Below are positions 26,796 through 36,990 of a stretch of DNA of 46,571 bases, piece by piece. Source of the stretch: an uncultured Gemmatimonadaceae bacterium (GTDB taxonomy: Bacteria; Gemmatimonadota; Gemmatimonadetes; Gemmatimonadales; Gemmatimonadaceae). The position numbers were made by a program, and so were the translations under genes. The first letter of the stretch is position 1; the number at the start of each line of letters is the position of its first letter. The notes beneath the pieces are model-generated. The model searched no databases. It had not been told where the DNA came from and saw only the letters and a list, made by a program, of their open reading frames with translations. Location of the stretch: assembly GCA_963790305.1 (NCBI GenBank), contig CAWBOC010000011.1:1-46571 (forward strand), in the 5' to 3' direction.

Positions 26796-28436
26796 ATGCT
26801 AGACTCCCGCCGCATCGTTCGCTGGGCGTACATAGGCCGCCTGTCGCTGTCCGCCGCGATCTTCTCCGCGGCGCTTTTCGCGTGGGAAATCGCCAACCCG
26901 ACGAACACCCGCCTCGCCGCGCTCATGCTCGTTGGGGCCATGGTTTTCACCGTCGGCTCGGCGTGGTTCGAGATGACGCGCCCGGAACGGACCGGCCGCG
27001 CGTTCTTCTATCTGCAAACTCTGTTCGACCTCATCCTCGTGACCGCGACCGTGCACATCACGGGCGGGGCGAGCTCGCCGTTTGCGGCGCTGTACATCCT
27101 CGTCATCGCCTATGCGTCACTGGTGCTGCCCATTGGGAGCGGCCTCCTGGTGGCTGGGTTCGGCAACGTACTGTACATCGGCGACGTCGTCTGGAATCAC
27201 GGCCACGAGATTGGCGCAAGTGTCTGGCTGCAGCTCGCGATCTTCGCGCTGGCCGCCCTCGGGACGGGGGTGCTGGCCGCCCGGATGCGCGAGGCAGGTG
27301 CCGGTCATGCACTGCAACTCGAAGCCCAGCTCGAGCGCGTACGCCTTCAGGCGGATGACGTGCTTCGCACCATTCGCAGTGGAATTCTCACCGTCGAGCA
27401 TAACGGCGCCCTCGCGTTCGCCAATCCGGCCGCCGGGCGCATGCTCGGCTTCGAGCCCGCCCGGGCGATCGGGACTCCCATCCGCGAGCTCTTCGGCGAG
27501 AAAGCACCCGTTCTGGTCCAGGCGCTCGAGCGCACGATTCGCGATCGCATTCGCATCTCGCGCTGGGAAGCGACGATTGCTGGAGAAAGCGGCCCATTTC
27601 CCATCGGTCTGAACACGACCACCATCGACGCCGACGGCACGCCCGAGGGCATCTCGGCGACGGCGATCTTCCAGGACATCACGGACTCCAAGCGTCTCGA
27701 AGAGCTCCGCCTGCGGGCCGAGCGCCTGGAGGGCGTAGCGGAGCTGAGCGCGTCGCTCGCGCACGAGATCAAGAACCCGCTGGCCTCCATTCGCAGTGCG
27801 GTCGAGCAGCTCTCGCGAGCGCGGCAAACCACGGACGACGCGCGCACCCTTTCGGCGCTGATCATTCGTGAGTCGGACCGCCTCTCGCGGCTCCTTTCGG
27901 AGTTTCTCGATTTCGCGCGCACGCGCGTGACGCGCATCGCGGAAGTGGATCTCGGGGACCTGGTGAAAGGTGCTGTCAAGCTCGCCGCAACCCACCCCGA
28001 TGGTCACAAGCGCGTTCGCGTCTCGTGTGCGACCCCCACACACGGCATCCCGGTCGAAGGGGACGAGGACCTGCTTCATCGCGCGGTGTTCAACATCGCG
28101 CTCAACGCGGTGCAAGCGGCGCGCGATGACGGCCACGTCTGGGTAGAGGTTGCCTCGGTTCCGCCCGAGCAGCTGCCCGTCGGCGTGTCATTCGAGCGTG
28201 GCGCCGCTTCCGTCCGCATCACCGATGACGGTCCCGGCATTCCCGCCGAAGTTCGCGGCAAGATGTTCGACCCCTTTGTCACCACGAAACCCGGCGGCAC
28301 CGGTCTCGGCTTGCCGATCGTGCATCGCGCGATCGAAGCGCACCGCGGCCTCGTCTTCGTCGATAGCGGCACCTCAGGGACGCGCTTCACCGTGCTCCTG
28401 CCACGCCGCCAGCCCAAACCCGAGGAGTCTCAGTGA
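26796..28436 (+). CDS. pilS: PilS-type sensor histidine kinase (TM region + PAS + HisKA + HATPase)
   Basis: TGGASSPFAALY TM motif, PAS NPAA, AHEIKNPLASI, DPFVTTKPGGTGLGL. Confidence 0.85.
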   Translation: MLDSRRIVRWAYIGRLSLSAAIFSAALFAWEIANPTNTRLAALMLVGAMVFTVGSAWFEMTRPERTGRAFFYLQTLFDLILVTATVHITGGASSPFAALYILVIAYASLVLPIGSGLLVAGFGNVLYIGDVVWNHGHEIGASVWLQLAIFALAALGTGVLAARMREAGAGHALQLEAQLERVRLQADDVLRTIRSGILTVEHNGALAFANPAAGRMLGFEPARAIGTPIRELFGEKAPVLVQALERTIRDRIRISRWEATIAGESGPFPIGLNTTTIDADGTPEGISATAIFQDITDSKRLEELRLRAERLEGVAELSASLAHEIKNPLASIRSAVEQLSRARQTTDDARTLSALIIRESDRLSRLLSEFLDFARTRVTRIAEVDLGDLVKGAVKLAATHPDGHKRVRVSCATPTHGIPVEGDEDLLHRAVFNIALNAVQAARDDGHVWVEVASVPPEQLPVGVSFERGAASVRITDDGPGIPAEVRGKMFDPFVTTKPGGTGLGLPIVHRAIEAHRGLVFVDSGTSGTRFTVLLPRRQPKPEESQ

Positions 28437-29815
28437 TCGCCCCCGCCCCCGATCCACGCCCCAGCGTCCTGATCGTGGATGATGAATCCGCGATCCTGGA
28501 CACGCTGCGGATCTTGTTGAAGAACGAAGGCTTCGAGACGCACGTCGCGCTCGGTGGCAAGCAGGGCATCGAGCGCCTCCACGACGTGAAGCCCGACATC
28601 GTCATTACCGATGTGCGGATGCCTAACGTCGGCGGCCTCGAGGTGTTGAGCGCCGCACGCCAGCGCGACCCCGACCTTCCCGTGATCCTGATGACGGCGC
28701 AGGCCGACCTGCGCTCGGCGATCCAGGCCGTGAACGCGGGCGCGTACTACTACGTGCAGAAGCCGTTCGCCAACGATGACATCGTCGCGATTCTGCGCCG
28801 TGCCGCCGAGCACCGGCAGCTGCGGGTCGAAAACAAGTCGCTCAAGCAGGAGATCAAGCGGCGCGGCTTCGATACGTCCTCTCGCCCCATCGGCCGAAGC
28901 AAAGCTTGGCTCGACGTGCTGCGCCTCGCCGAGACCGTGGCACCATCCGAGTCAACGGTGTTGATCCAGGGCGAGTCGGGAACCGGTAAGGAAGTAGTCG
29001 CGCGGTACATTCACGAGCTCTCGGGAAGGGCCGATGCGCCTTTCCTCTCCATCAACTGTGGCGCGCTGCCGGAATCGCTACTCGAGAGCGAGCTTTTCGG
29101 ACACGTGAAGGGATCCTTCACCGGTGCGGTGAAGGACAAGGCTGGTCTGTTCACGGCCGCCGCGGGGGGAACGTTCTTCCTCGACGAAATTGGCGAGACG
29201 ACGCCCTCGACGCAGGTGAAGCTGCTGCGTGCATTGCAGGAGCGTGAGATCATCCCCGTCGGTGCGACGGAAGCCATTCCGACCGACGCCCGCGTGCTCG
29301 CGGCGACCAACCGAGAGCTCGAGGAGGAGATGAAGCGCGGGGGATTCCGCAGCGATCTCTTCTATCGCTTGAACGTGTTCGCGCTGCACCTGCCGCCGCT
29401 GCGGCATCGCAAGGAGGACATCCCACTCCTGGCGACGTCCTTCCTCGAGCGCACCTCGAAAGTGCGCGGGGAGCCGCTCAAGCGGCTCAGCGAGGAAGCG
29501 CTCGAGATCATGCGGGAGTACGCATGGCCGGGCAACGTGCGTGAGCTGGAGAACTCGCTCGAGCGCGCGGCCATTCTGACGGCGGGGGAGGTCATCGATC
29601 CCTCGACGCTGCCCGAGCGGATCACCGAGCGCAGATCCGAGCCGCTCATCAGCGAGCGCGGTCCCACCAACCCAACCCTCGACGTCATTGAGCGCGCCTA
29701 CATCATGTGGGTGCTCCAGAGCGAAGGGGGCAACAAGAGCCGCGCGGCCGAAGTGTTAGGCATCGATCCCTCCACGCTCTACCGCAAGCTCTCCCGGTTC
29801 GGCGTCGAAGCCTGA
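28433..29815 (+). CDS. pilR: Sigma54-dependent response regulator (PilR/NtrC type)
   Basis: Receiver, GESGTGKE, GSFTGA, FFLDEIG, WPGNVRELEN, Fis-type HTH. Confidence 0.85.
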   Translation: MIAPAPDPRPSVLIVDDESAILDTLRILLKNEGFETHVALGGKQGIERLHDVKPDIVITDVRMPNVGGLEVLSAARQRDPDLPVILMTAQADLRSAIQAVNAGAYYYVQKPFANDDIVAILRRAAEHRQLRVENKSLKQEIKRRGFDTSSRPIGRSKAWLDVLRLAETVAPSESTVLIQGESGTGKEVVARYIHELSGRADAPFLSINCGALPESLLESELFGHVKGSFTGAVKDKAGLFTAAAGGTFFLDEIGETTPSTQVKLLRALQEREIIPVGATEAIPTDARVLAATNRELEEEMKRGGFRSDLFYRLNVFALHLPPLRHRKEDIPLLATSFLERTSKVRGEPLKRLSEEALEIMREYAWPGNVRELENSLERAAILTAGEVIDPSTLPERITERRSEPLISERGPTNPTLDVIERAYIMWVLQSEGGNKSRAAEVLGIDPSTLYRKLSRFGVEA

Positions 29816-29817
29816 TC

Positions 29818-31032
29818 ATGACGGCGCGGCCGCTTCCGTCGCTCCGGTGGGAGCTGCTCGGGAACCTCGCGGTTCTCGCGACCGCCGCGCTCATGCTGGC
29901 GGTCGCCAGTTTGCTCGTGTTCACCGGCATCGCCGAGAGCCGGAACGCCGCGCTCTGGCTGACGCTGCTCATCATCGCTGACGTGATGATCTTCGTCGTG
30001 TTCGGGGGATACCTCGTGCGACGACTCGTCATTCGGCCGGTCGATGAGATCGTCGCCGCCGCGGAGGCGATCGCGCAAGGAGATCTGGCGCGACGCGCTC
30101 CACCCATGGGCTCGGTGGAGCTGGCGCGCCTTGCGACGAGCCTCAATCGCATGACCACACGCCTCCTGGAGGAGCAGACCCTGGTGGTGCGCGCCGAGAA
30201 GATGGCGAGCGTCGGGCGGTTGGCCGCGGGCATCGCCCACGAGATCGGCAATCCCCTTGGGGCGATCAATGGCTACACGCACCTCGCTCGGCGGCGGCTG
30301 CGCGACAGAGGGCTCGACGACGAGCTCGATGCCATCGAGCGCGAGACGGCCCGCATCGACCGCATCGTGCGCGGCCTGCTGGACTATTCCCGACCGCGTC
30401 GCACAACGCCGGAATTGATCGAGATCGACGAGTGCGTCCAACGAGTCGTGATGATGCTACGCGACCAGGGTGCACTCAAAGAGGTACAGGTTCACAGGGA
30501 AATCCTCGCCAGCGTCCCCGCGCTCACGGGCGACCGGCACGAGTTCGAGCAGGCGATCGTGAACCTGCTGCTCAACGCGATCGACGCGATGGAAGGCCGC
30601 GGAGCGGTGACGATCGCCGCGCGGGGCGATTCATTGGCGGCCCTGCGCGACAATGTCGCCCTGCGTAAGGGGGATTCCCCGAGCGTGCTGGCGGAGCGTG
30701 AGCGGAACCCGCGTGTACGCGCGTGGCTCCATCGAGTCGGGGAACCCTCGCGCATCCTTACCGTGACGGTCGCGGATTCAGGCCCCGGCGTCGATCCGGA
30801 GGACATGGAGCGCATCTTCGATCCATTCTTCACGACCAAGCCACCGGGGAAGGGCACTGGCCTCGGCCTCGCCATCGTTGCTCGCATCGTCGACAACCTC
30901 GGCGGCGTCGTGTGGGTGCGTCCGGCGCGGGAGGGCGGTGCCGCGTTCGTGATGATGTTCCCGCTCGGGGTGGTGGTCTCCTCGCCGGTGAGTCTCATGC
31001 CGCCGGTGCGCGAGGGAGCGCTCGTTCGGTGA
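29818..31032 (+). CDS. Second sensor histidine kinase (2 TM + HAMP + HisKA)
   Basis: EKMASVGRLAAGIAHEIGNPL, NLLLNAIDA, DPFFTTKPPGKGTGLGL. Confidence 0.92.
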   Translation: MTARPLPSLRWELLGNLAVLATAALMLAVASLLVFTGIAESRNAALWLTLLIIADVMIFVVFGGYLVRRLVIRPVDEIVAAAEAIAQGDLARRAPPMGSVELARLATSLNRMTTRLLEEQTLVVRAEKMASVGRLAAGIAHEIGNPLGAINGYTHLARRRLRDRGLDDELDAIERETARIDRIVRGLLDYSRPRRTTPELIEIDECVQRVVMMLRDQGALKEVQVHREILASVPALTGDRHEFEQAIVNLLLNAIDAMEGRGAVTIAARGDSLAALRDNVALRKGDSPSVLAERERNPRVRAWLHRVGEPSRILTVTVADSGPGVDPEDMERIFDPFFTTKPPGKGTGLGLAIVARIVDNLGGVVWVRPAREGGAAFVMMFPLGVVVSSPVSLMPPVREGALVR

Positions 31033-31037
31033 CTGGC

Positions 31038-32391
31038 ATGCGCATTCTCATCATCGATGATGAGCCCGCATTGAGACACACCATTCTCGGCAATCCTTCA
31101 CGACGAGGGACATGAGGTGACGACCGCGACCAATGGCGAGGACGCACTCGGCAAGCTCGCGGTCGCGCCGGCCGATCTCATCCTCTGCGACGTGCGCATG
31201 CCGACGATGGATGGTATGACCTTCCTGGGGCGTCACGTCGGTGGTGGAGGAGCGGGGCTGGTCGTGATGATGAGCGCCTATGGCGATTCGGAGACTGCGA
31301 TCGCCGCCATGCAACGCGGTGCCTACGACTGGATCCAGAAGCCGTTTCGCGCCGAGGAGATCGTGCTCGTCGTGCGAAAGGCAATGGAGCGGGAGCGACT
31401 GCGTGCCGAGGTAAAGCGGCTCGAGGGTGAGCTGTCGACGCTCCGTCAGTCAGGCGACGCGATCATCGGCCGCAGCGAGGTCATGCGCACGGCGCTCGAT
31501 GTCGCCCGCAAGGTTGCGCGGCATCCTGCGACGGTGCTGCTCACCGGTGAGAGCGGTACGGGAAAGGAGCTCGTGGCGCGTCTCATCCATCGCGCGAGCC
31601 CACGAGCGGAGGCGCCCTTCGTAGCAGTGAACTGCGGTGCGATTCCGGAAGCCCTGCTGGAAAGCGAGCTCTTCGGACACGAGAAGGGCGCTTTCACCGG
31701 GGCCACGCGCGACAAGGCCGGACTGTTCGAGGAAGCGCACGAGGGGACACTCTTTCTCGACGAGATCGGGGAGCTACCAGCCGCCTTACAGGTGAAGCTC
31801 CTGCGTGCGCTGCAGGAGGGTGAAGTGCGACGCGTGGGGGCCAACACCTCGAAGGCCGTTGATGTCAGGGTCGTCGCGGCAACGAATCGCGATCTTCAGG
31901 CAGACGTCGCGAGCGGGCGTTTTCGCGCCGATCTGTTTTATCGCATCAACGTGGTGGCGATCGCGCTCCCGCCGTTGCGCGAGCGGCCGGACGACGTGCC
32001 CGAGCTCGCGCTGTTCTTTCTCGAGCGACATGCGGCGCGAATGGGTCTCAAGGCGCACGGCATTTCGGCGAGCGCAATGCGGATTCTCGCTGAGCATCCA
32101 TGGCCGGGCAACGTGCGCGAGCTGGAGCATGCGATCGAGCGCGCGCTGGTGATGACGGGCGGGAAGACGATCGAGCCGTCGGATCTCCCGTCGCCGGTGC
32201 GCTCGAGCGGCCGGCACGCGGCGGTGACGGACGGGACGCTGTCGGTGAAGCAGCAGACGACCGAGCTCGAGAAGGCATTGATCCGCCGCGCCCTCGAGCA
32301 CACGCGCGGAAATCGAACCCGTGCAGCGCGGTTGCTGGAGCTCTCGCATCGCGCGCTGCTCTACAAGATCCGGGAATACGGATTGGAGTAG
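31038..32391 (+). CDS. Second sigma54-dependent response regulator (one frameshift near 31085)
   Basis: MRILIIDDEPALR in one frame joins the 31117-32391 ORF with DVRMP, GESGTGKE, GAFTGA and an HTH. Confidence 0.9.
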
Positions 32392-32414
32392 CGCAGTTCG
32401 CGGTGGCCTACTCT

Positions 32415-32452
32415 CTACGCAAACAGTTGCAACACTGAACTTCTTTGCGTAG
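32415..32452. promoter_or_regulatory. Inverted repeat: terminator-like hairpin or activator-binding site
   Basis: CTACGCAAA...TTTGCGTAG, 55-90 bp upstream of the -24 element. Confidence 0.4.
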
Positions 32453-32505
32453 CGACCGACCGGACCGAACAAACACAACGCTTTCGCCGATAACGAGTTA
32501 GCGCA

Positions 32506-32520
32506 TGGCATGGGTCGCGC
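32506..32520 (+). promoter_or_regulatory. Sigma54 (-24/-12) promoter of the minor-pilin operon
   Basis: TGGCATGGGTCGCGC = TGGCA with GG-N10-GC spacing; RBS AGGAG and ATG 30 nt downstream; adjacent to two bEBP genes. Confidence 0.6.
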
Positions 32521-32550
32521 CTATGTGTACCGCGTCACCCAGGAGCCTTC

Positions 32551-33000
32551 ATGCGCACTCACCGCTTCGCGTTCACGATTCTGGAGCTCATCACCGTGAT
32601 GAGCATCATCGGCATCCTAACCGTGATCGCCCTTCCGAAGTTCACCGAGACCGTCCGCAACTCCAAGGTGCGGTCGGCACGCGATGAGGTCGTCTCGTAC
32701 TTCATGCGCGCGCACGCCGTCGCCATTCAGCGCGGACAACGTACGCATGTGCGCGTCGCCGGCGATCGCATGTCCGTCGTCACTGTGGCCAATGGGGTCG
32801 AGGAGACGGTGCTGCAAAGCGATCTCTACTCCGGTCACGGCGTCTCGCTCTACGCCTCGCAGAACGAATTCACCTACGACCCACGCGGCTTCGCCCAGAA
32901 CATTCCCGGCATGGGCCGCGTGATGGTCACGCGTGACAGCCGATCAATGCCGGTGTGCGTAACCGGCCTTGGCAAAGCCTACCTCAACGGGTGCAACTGA
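32551..33000 (+). CDS. FimU/FimT-like minor pilin
   Basis: A|FTILELITVMSIIGILTVIALP class III signal with E5; C-terminal Cys pair. Confidence 0.85.
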   Translation: MRTHRFAFTILELITVMSIIGILTVIALPKFTETVRNSKVRSARDEVVSYFMRAHAVAIQRGQRTHVRVAGDRMSVVTVANGVEETVLQSDLYSGHGVSLYASQNEFTYDPRGFAQNIPGMGRVMVTRDSRSMPVCVTGLGKAYLNGCN

Positions 33001-33001
33001 C

Positions 33002-33412
33002 ATGCTGACCCGACTCTCTCGCACTCGCCGGGCGCGCCGCGCCCGCCGCTCCGGCTTCACCGTCATGGAGCTGATCGTCGCGATCGTGATCCTGTCGATT
33101 GGACTGCTCGGCCTGGCGGCAACCTCCGGAATCGTCATGCGCCTCATCGGTGGCGGCACTCATCAGACCGTGGCCGCGAACGTCGCGCTCGCTCGCTTCG
33201 AGCAGCTGCGCGCCCTGAGCTGCGGGCGGATGACCAGTGGATCGGCCATCAATCGCAACGTGCAGGAAGCCTGGTCGGTGACGCCGGTTGGACCGGTGGC
33301 AATGCCGGCCGCGATGGATGTGCGCCTGACGATTACCTATAACACCAACATGCGTCGCGGCGGGTCTTCGTCCCGCACGCAGAGCTACCGGAGCCAGATC
33401 GTATGCATCTGA
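33002..33412 (+). CDS. pilV: PilV-like minor pilin, copy 1
   Basis: G|FTVMELIVAIVILSIGLLGLA. Confidence 0.8.
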   Translation: MLTRLSRTRRARRARRSGFTVMELIVAIVILSIGLLGLAATSGIVMRLIGGGTHQTVAANVALARFEQLRALSCGRMTSGSAINRNVQEAWSVTPVGPVAMPAAMDVRLTITYNTNMRRGGSSSRTQSYRSQIVCI

Positions 33413-34368
33413 CCACATCGCACTGCGCGCCACGGCGCGCCGACCGCATGCGTCGAGGCATCACACTGCCCGAGATGATGGTCGTGCTCGTGCTGCTCGG
33501 GCTGGTCGTGGGCGGCCTCATGACCGTCCTCGTCCGCCAGCAGCGCTTCTACACGGGAACGAGCGAGATCATCCAGACGAAGGGCAGCGCGCGGCAGGCG
33601 ATCGATATCCTGTCGAGCGAGCTCCGCGGGATCTCCACCGGAACCCGCGGGGGAGCGCCCAACAACGTCGACATCTACGCGATGAGCGATTCGTCGCTCA
33701 CGTTCCGCTCGCAGTTCGGGGCTTCGGTGATGTGCAGCGTCGATCCGACGCGCACCATCATCACTCTGCCTCCACGCACGATGGTGGCGCAGAACGGGTT
33801 GACGTCGTTCCTCTCCGACGCGCGCGCCGGCGATTCCGTATTCGTCTTCGACGGGGGCGCGCAGCAAGGCACGATCGACGACCGCTGGTGGCGTGTCGCG
33901 CTCGCTCGCGACCCCGCCGTCGGCCCCTGCCCGGTAGCGCCCGCGGGCTTCACCGCGTCGGCTGCCGAGGCAGCACAGGGGATCGAGATTACGCTCACCG
34001 GTCCGCTGGCGCCGACGATTGTGGTCGGAGCTCCGATCAGATTCTTCCGCCCGGCGTCCTACAGCCTCTACCAGGAAGTCGACGGCAACTGGTGGCTCGG
34101 CTACTTCTCATGCCCAGCCAACGCGTGCTCGCCACGTCAGCCGGTGAGCGGCCCGTATCGGCCGTATGATCGACCGGGTGCCGCCAGTGGACTCTCCTTC
34201 GCGTACTTCGATTCCACTGGAGTCGCCACCGCCGATCCCCGCCAGGTGGCACGCATCGACGTCATCGCTCGCTCGCAGAGCCAATTCAATCTCGACGTCG
34301 CGAACACTCGCAACGCCAAGTATCAGGATTCGCTCGGCGTCTCCATCGCCGTGCGTAACCGGATCTGA
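33403..34368 (+). CDS. pilW: PilW-like minor pilin, copy 1
   Basis: G|ITLPEMMVVLVLLGLV, QQRFY..ARQAIDILSSELR, C-terminal IAVRN. Confidence 0.8.
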   Translation: MHLTTSHCAPRRADRMRRGITLPEMMVVLVLLGLVVGGLMTVLVRQQRFYTGTSEIIQTKGSARQAIDILSSELRGISTGTRGGAPNNVDIYAMSDSSLTFRSQFGASVMCSVDPTRTIITLPPRTMVAQNGLTSFLSDARAGDSVFVFDGGAQQGTIDDRWWRVALARDPAVGPCPVAPAGFTASAAEAAQGIEITLTGPLAPTIVVGAPIRFFRPASYSLYQEVDGNWWLGYFSCPANACSPRQPVSGPYRPYDRPGAASGLSFAYFDSTGVATADPRQVARIDVIARSQSQFNLDVANTRNAKYQDSLGVSIAVRNRI

Positions 34369-34370
34369 CG

Positions 34371-35504
34371 ATGTCCTCAGGAGAACCTCTCATGTCTCGC
34401 ATCGATTCCCGACGCAGCGGCTTCGCGCTCCCGGTGGCAGTATTCGCCATCGTGATCATCGGCGCGCTGGTCGCGGGCGCGTTCTTCGCCTCGACGCAAG
34501 AGTTCCGCATCGGCAGCAACACGATCCAGCAAACGCGCGCCCTCGGCGCAGCCGAATTCGGGCTGAACCAGACGCACGCGAACTGGAACCCTGCGTGGAA
34601 CACCACCATGCAGCGCGGGCAGGTGCAGACAGTCGTCCCGGCGACGTCGGACGGCTCCGTCGCGACGGTGCGGGTAACGCGACTGAATGACCAGGCTTTC
34701 CTCGTCGCGTCCGAGGGTGTCTCCGGGCAGGCACGCCGACGTACGGCGAAGCTACTGGTGCTGAACATTCCGCAGCTCAACATCCTCGCGGCACTCACTG
34801 CCCGCGGTGCGACGAGAATCGGCGGCAGCTCGTTCATCGACGGCAATGATCACAACTTTCCGGGTTGGGATTGCCCAGCGGCGGGGGCGCCCATGCCAGG
34901 CATCGCCACCACCGACTCGTCTGAGATCACTCGGTCGGGCTGCCAGAACTACAACTGCGTCGCTGGCGCTCCGAAGGTCATCGAGACACCTGCGGCCGGG
35001 GACACCAGCACCTATTTCAATTTCGGGGGTCTCGACTGGGCGCAGCTCACCGCGATGGCCAACAAGATCGTGAGCGGCAACACTCAGGGAATTGGTCCAA
35101 GCACCGCCAACGGGGCATGCAATACGGCCGACTTCAAGAACTTCGGCGAACCGAACAAGGCGAACGGCGGTCCATGCCTCGACTACTACCCGATCATCTA
35201 TTCGCCCGCCAACCTCACCCTCAACACCGGGCGCGGTCAGGGAATCCTCCTCGTCGAGGGCGACTTGCAAGTGCAGGGGGGATTCGAGTTCTACGGCCCC
35301 GTGATCGTGCGCGGAACGTTGAAGACGGCCGGTACCGGTGGCCACTTCAACGGGGGTGTCATGGCGGCGAACGTCGATCTCGACCAGAACGTCGTCATCG
35401 GTAACGCGCTGATCTCCTTCTCGCGCTGCGCCATTCTCAAGGCGCTCAACGCCAGCGCGCGGTTGGCGACGGCGACCGAGCGCTCGTGGTACGAGGTGTA
35501 CTAG
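34371..35504 (+). CDS. pilX: PilX-like minor pilin, copy 1
   Basis: G|FALPVAVFAIVII (no E5), RALGAAEFG, C-terminal SWYEV. Confidence 0.8.
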   Translation: MSSGEPLMSRIDSRRSGFALPVAVFAIVIIGALVAGAFFASTQEFRIGSNTIQQTRALGAAEFGLNQTHANWNPAWNTTMQRGQVQTVVPATSDGSVATVRVTRLNDQAFLVASEGVSGQARRRTAKLLVLNIPQLNILAALTARGATRIGGSSFIDGNDHNFPGWDCPAAGAPMPGIATTDSSEITRSGCQNYNCVAGAPKVIETPAAGDTSTYFNFGGLDWAQLTAMANKIVSGNTQGIGPSTANGACNTADFKNFGEPNKANGGPCLDYYPIIYSPANLTLNTGRGQGILLVEGDLQVQGGFEFYGPVIVRGTLKTAGTGGHFNGGVMAANVDLDQNVVIGNALISFSRCAILKALNASARLATATERSWYEVY

Positions 35505-35525
35505 ATCACGGCACCGATGACAGCT

Positions 35526-35553
35526 TTCAGAATAGAGAATTCAGAATTCAGCT
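35526..35553. repeat. Heptamer array (TTCAGAA)n
   Basis: TTCAGAA TAGAGAA TTCAGAA TTCAGCT after the pilX-1 stop. Confidence 0.7.
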
Positions 35554-35557
35554 AAAC

Positions 35558-35595
35558 CTACGGGGAGCCAGTCGTGGCTCCCCGTAGTCGTTTCT
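35558..35595 (+). terminator. Terminator hairpin between the two pilVWX cassettes
   Basis: CTACGGGGAGCCA-GTCG-TGGCTCCCCGTAG followed by TCGTTT. Confidence 0.75.
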
Positions 35596-35688
35596 GGACA
35601 TCGACTCCACCGTCGACGCTGCGGAGTTCCGCTTGCGTCAGCAACAGCCGGGTGACGCGTCGCAAGGCTGGAGCGCTATCGTCGCTCC

Positions 35689-36081
35689 ATGCGCACCCGC
35701 CTTCCTTCCCGCCGTCGAGCCTTCACCCTCCTCGAGGTCCTCGTCGCACTCGTCCTCCTCGGCGTCGGCATACTCGGCATCTCCGCGAGCGCCGCACTGG
35801 TGTCACGCATGGTCGGCGACGGGTCGCGCCTCAACCTCGCCGCGAGCATCGCCACAACCCGCCTCGAGCAGCTTCGAGCCATGCCGTGCGCGAGCGCGAC
35901 GTCAGGCGCCGCCACGACCCGAGGCGTTGAGGAGCGGTGGAGCATCGCCCCGATGGGCCCGGACCCTCTGCGTGCGCTCGAGGTCCAGCTCTCGGTGACG
36001 TATCGACTCCGGATGAATCACGGCGCGGGCGCCTCGCGCACGCAGCTGTTTCGAGGCGCGGTCCACTGCACCAATGCCTGA
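35689..36081 (+). CDS. pilV: PilV-like minor pilin, copy 2
   Basis: A|FTLLEVLVALVLLGVGILGIS; RLEQLRAMPC parallels RFEQLRALSC of copy 1. Confidence 0.8.
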   Translation: MRTRLPSRRRAFTLLEVLVALVLLGVGILGISASAALVSRMVGDGSRLNLAASIATTRLEQLRAMPCASATSGAATTRGVEERWSIAPMGPDPLRALEVQLSVTYRLRMNHGAGASRTQLFRGAVHCTNA

Positions 36082-36087
36082 CGACCG

Positions 36088-36990
36088 ATGCCCAACACAG
36101 CCCGCAGACCGGGTGTCACGCTCGTCGAGCTCCTCGTCGCGCTCACGCTCTTCGGTGTCGTCGCCACGATCATGCTGACCATTCTCCGCGAACAACAGCG
36201 TTTCCATTCCGGCTCGCTCGAGATCATCGACACCAGGCGGAGCGCCCAGCAGGCCATCGACCTCCTGTATGGAGAGCTGCGCGCCATATCGGGCGCGGAC
36301 ATCTACTCGATGAGCGACTCCTCGATCGCCTTTCGCACCGCGATCGGGGCGGCGCATCTCTGCGCAATCGATTCGGGGCGGGCATCCATCACAATTCCCT
36401 CGACCCGGACGACACGAGTCGCCCCGTTGTCGACCTTTCTTGCGCTACCACGCGCAGGCGATTCGCTTCTCGTCTTTGATGGGGGCGATGCACCTGAGCC
36501 TGACGATGATCGTTGGCATCCTCACGTACTCGTCGCCGATCCGGGCGGCGGAGCGTGCCCACGCCGGCCCCACGGGCTCGCGTCCGACGCAATCGAGGCC
36601 TCCGGGACGGCATTCCGGCTTGCACCGCCGTTGCCCGCGAGCATCGCCGTCGGATCGCCGCTCCGGGTCTTTCGCCCCGCCAGCTACTCCCTCTATCGCG
36701 GCAGCGGCGCAACCTGGATGCTCGGCTACTCCTCTTGCGCGGGTGGTACGTGCACGGTCCGTCAACCGCTGAGCGGTCCCTACCTCCCGTTCACCAGCGG
36801 CGGAGGGGGAGGCATCGCGTTCGCGTACTTCGACGCACAGGGAGCTCCAACCAGCGCTGGGTCGCAGGTCGCACGCATTGACGTAATCGCCCGCGCCCGT
36901 AGCACCTCGGCGGTCCAGGTCGGTCACGTGCGCGGTCAGCGCTATCGGGACTCGCTGGCCACAACGATCGCGCTCAGGAACCGCTTGTGA
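36088..36990 (+). CDS. pilW: PilW-like minor pilin, copy 2
   Basis: G|VTLVELLVAL; DIYSMSDSS, FRPASYSLY, RQPLSGPY shared with copy 1. Confidence 0.8.
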   Translation: MPNTARRPGVTLVELLVALTLFGVVATIMLTILREQQRFHSGSLEIIDTRRSAQQAIDLLYGELRAISGADIYSMSDSSIAFRTAIGAAHLCAIDSGRASITIPSTRTTRVAPLSTFLALPRAGDSLLVFDGGDAPEPDDDRWHPHVLVADPGGGACPRRPHGLASDAIEASGTAFRLAPPLPASIAVGSPLRVFRPASYSLYRGSGATWMLGYSSCAGGTCTVRQPLSGPYLPFTSGGGGGIAFAYFDAQGAPTSAGSQVARIDVIARARSTSAVQVGHVRGQRYRDSLATTIALRNRL

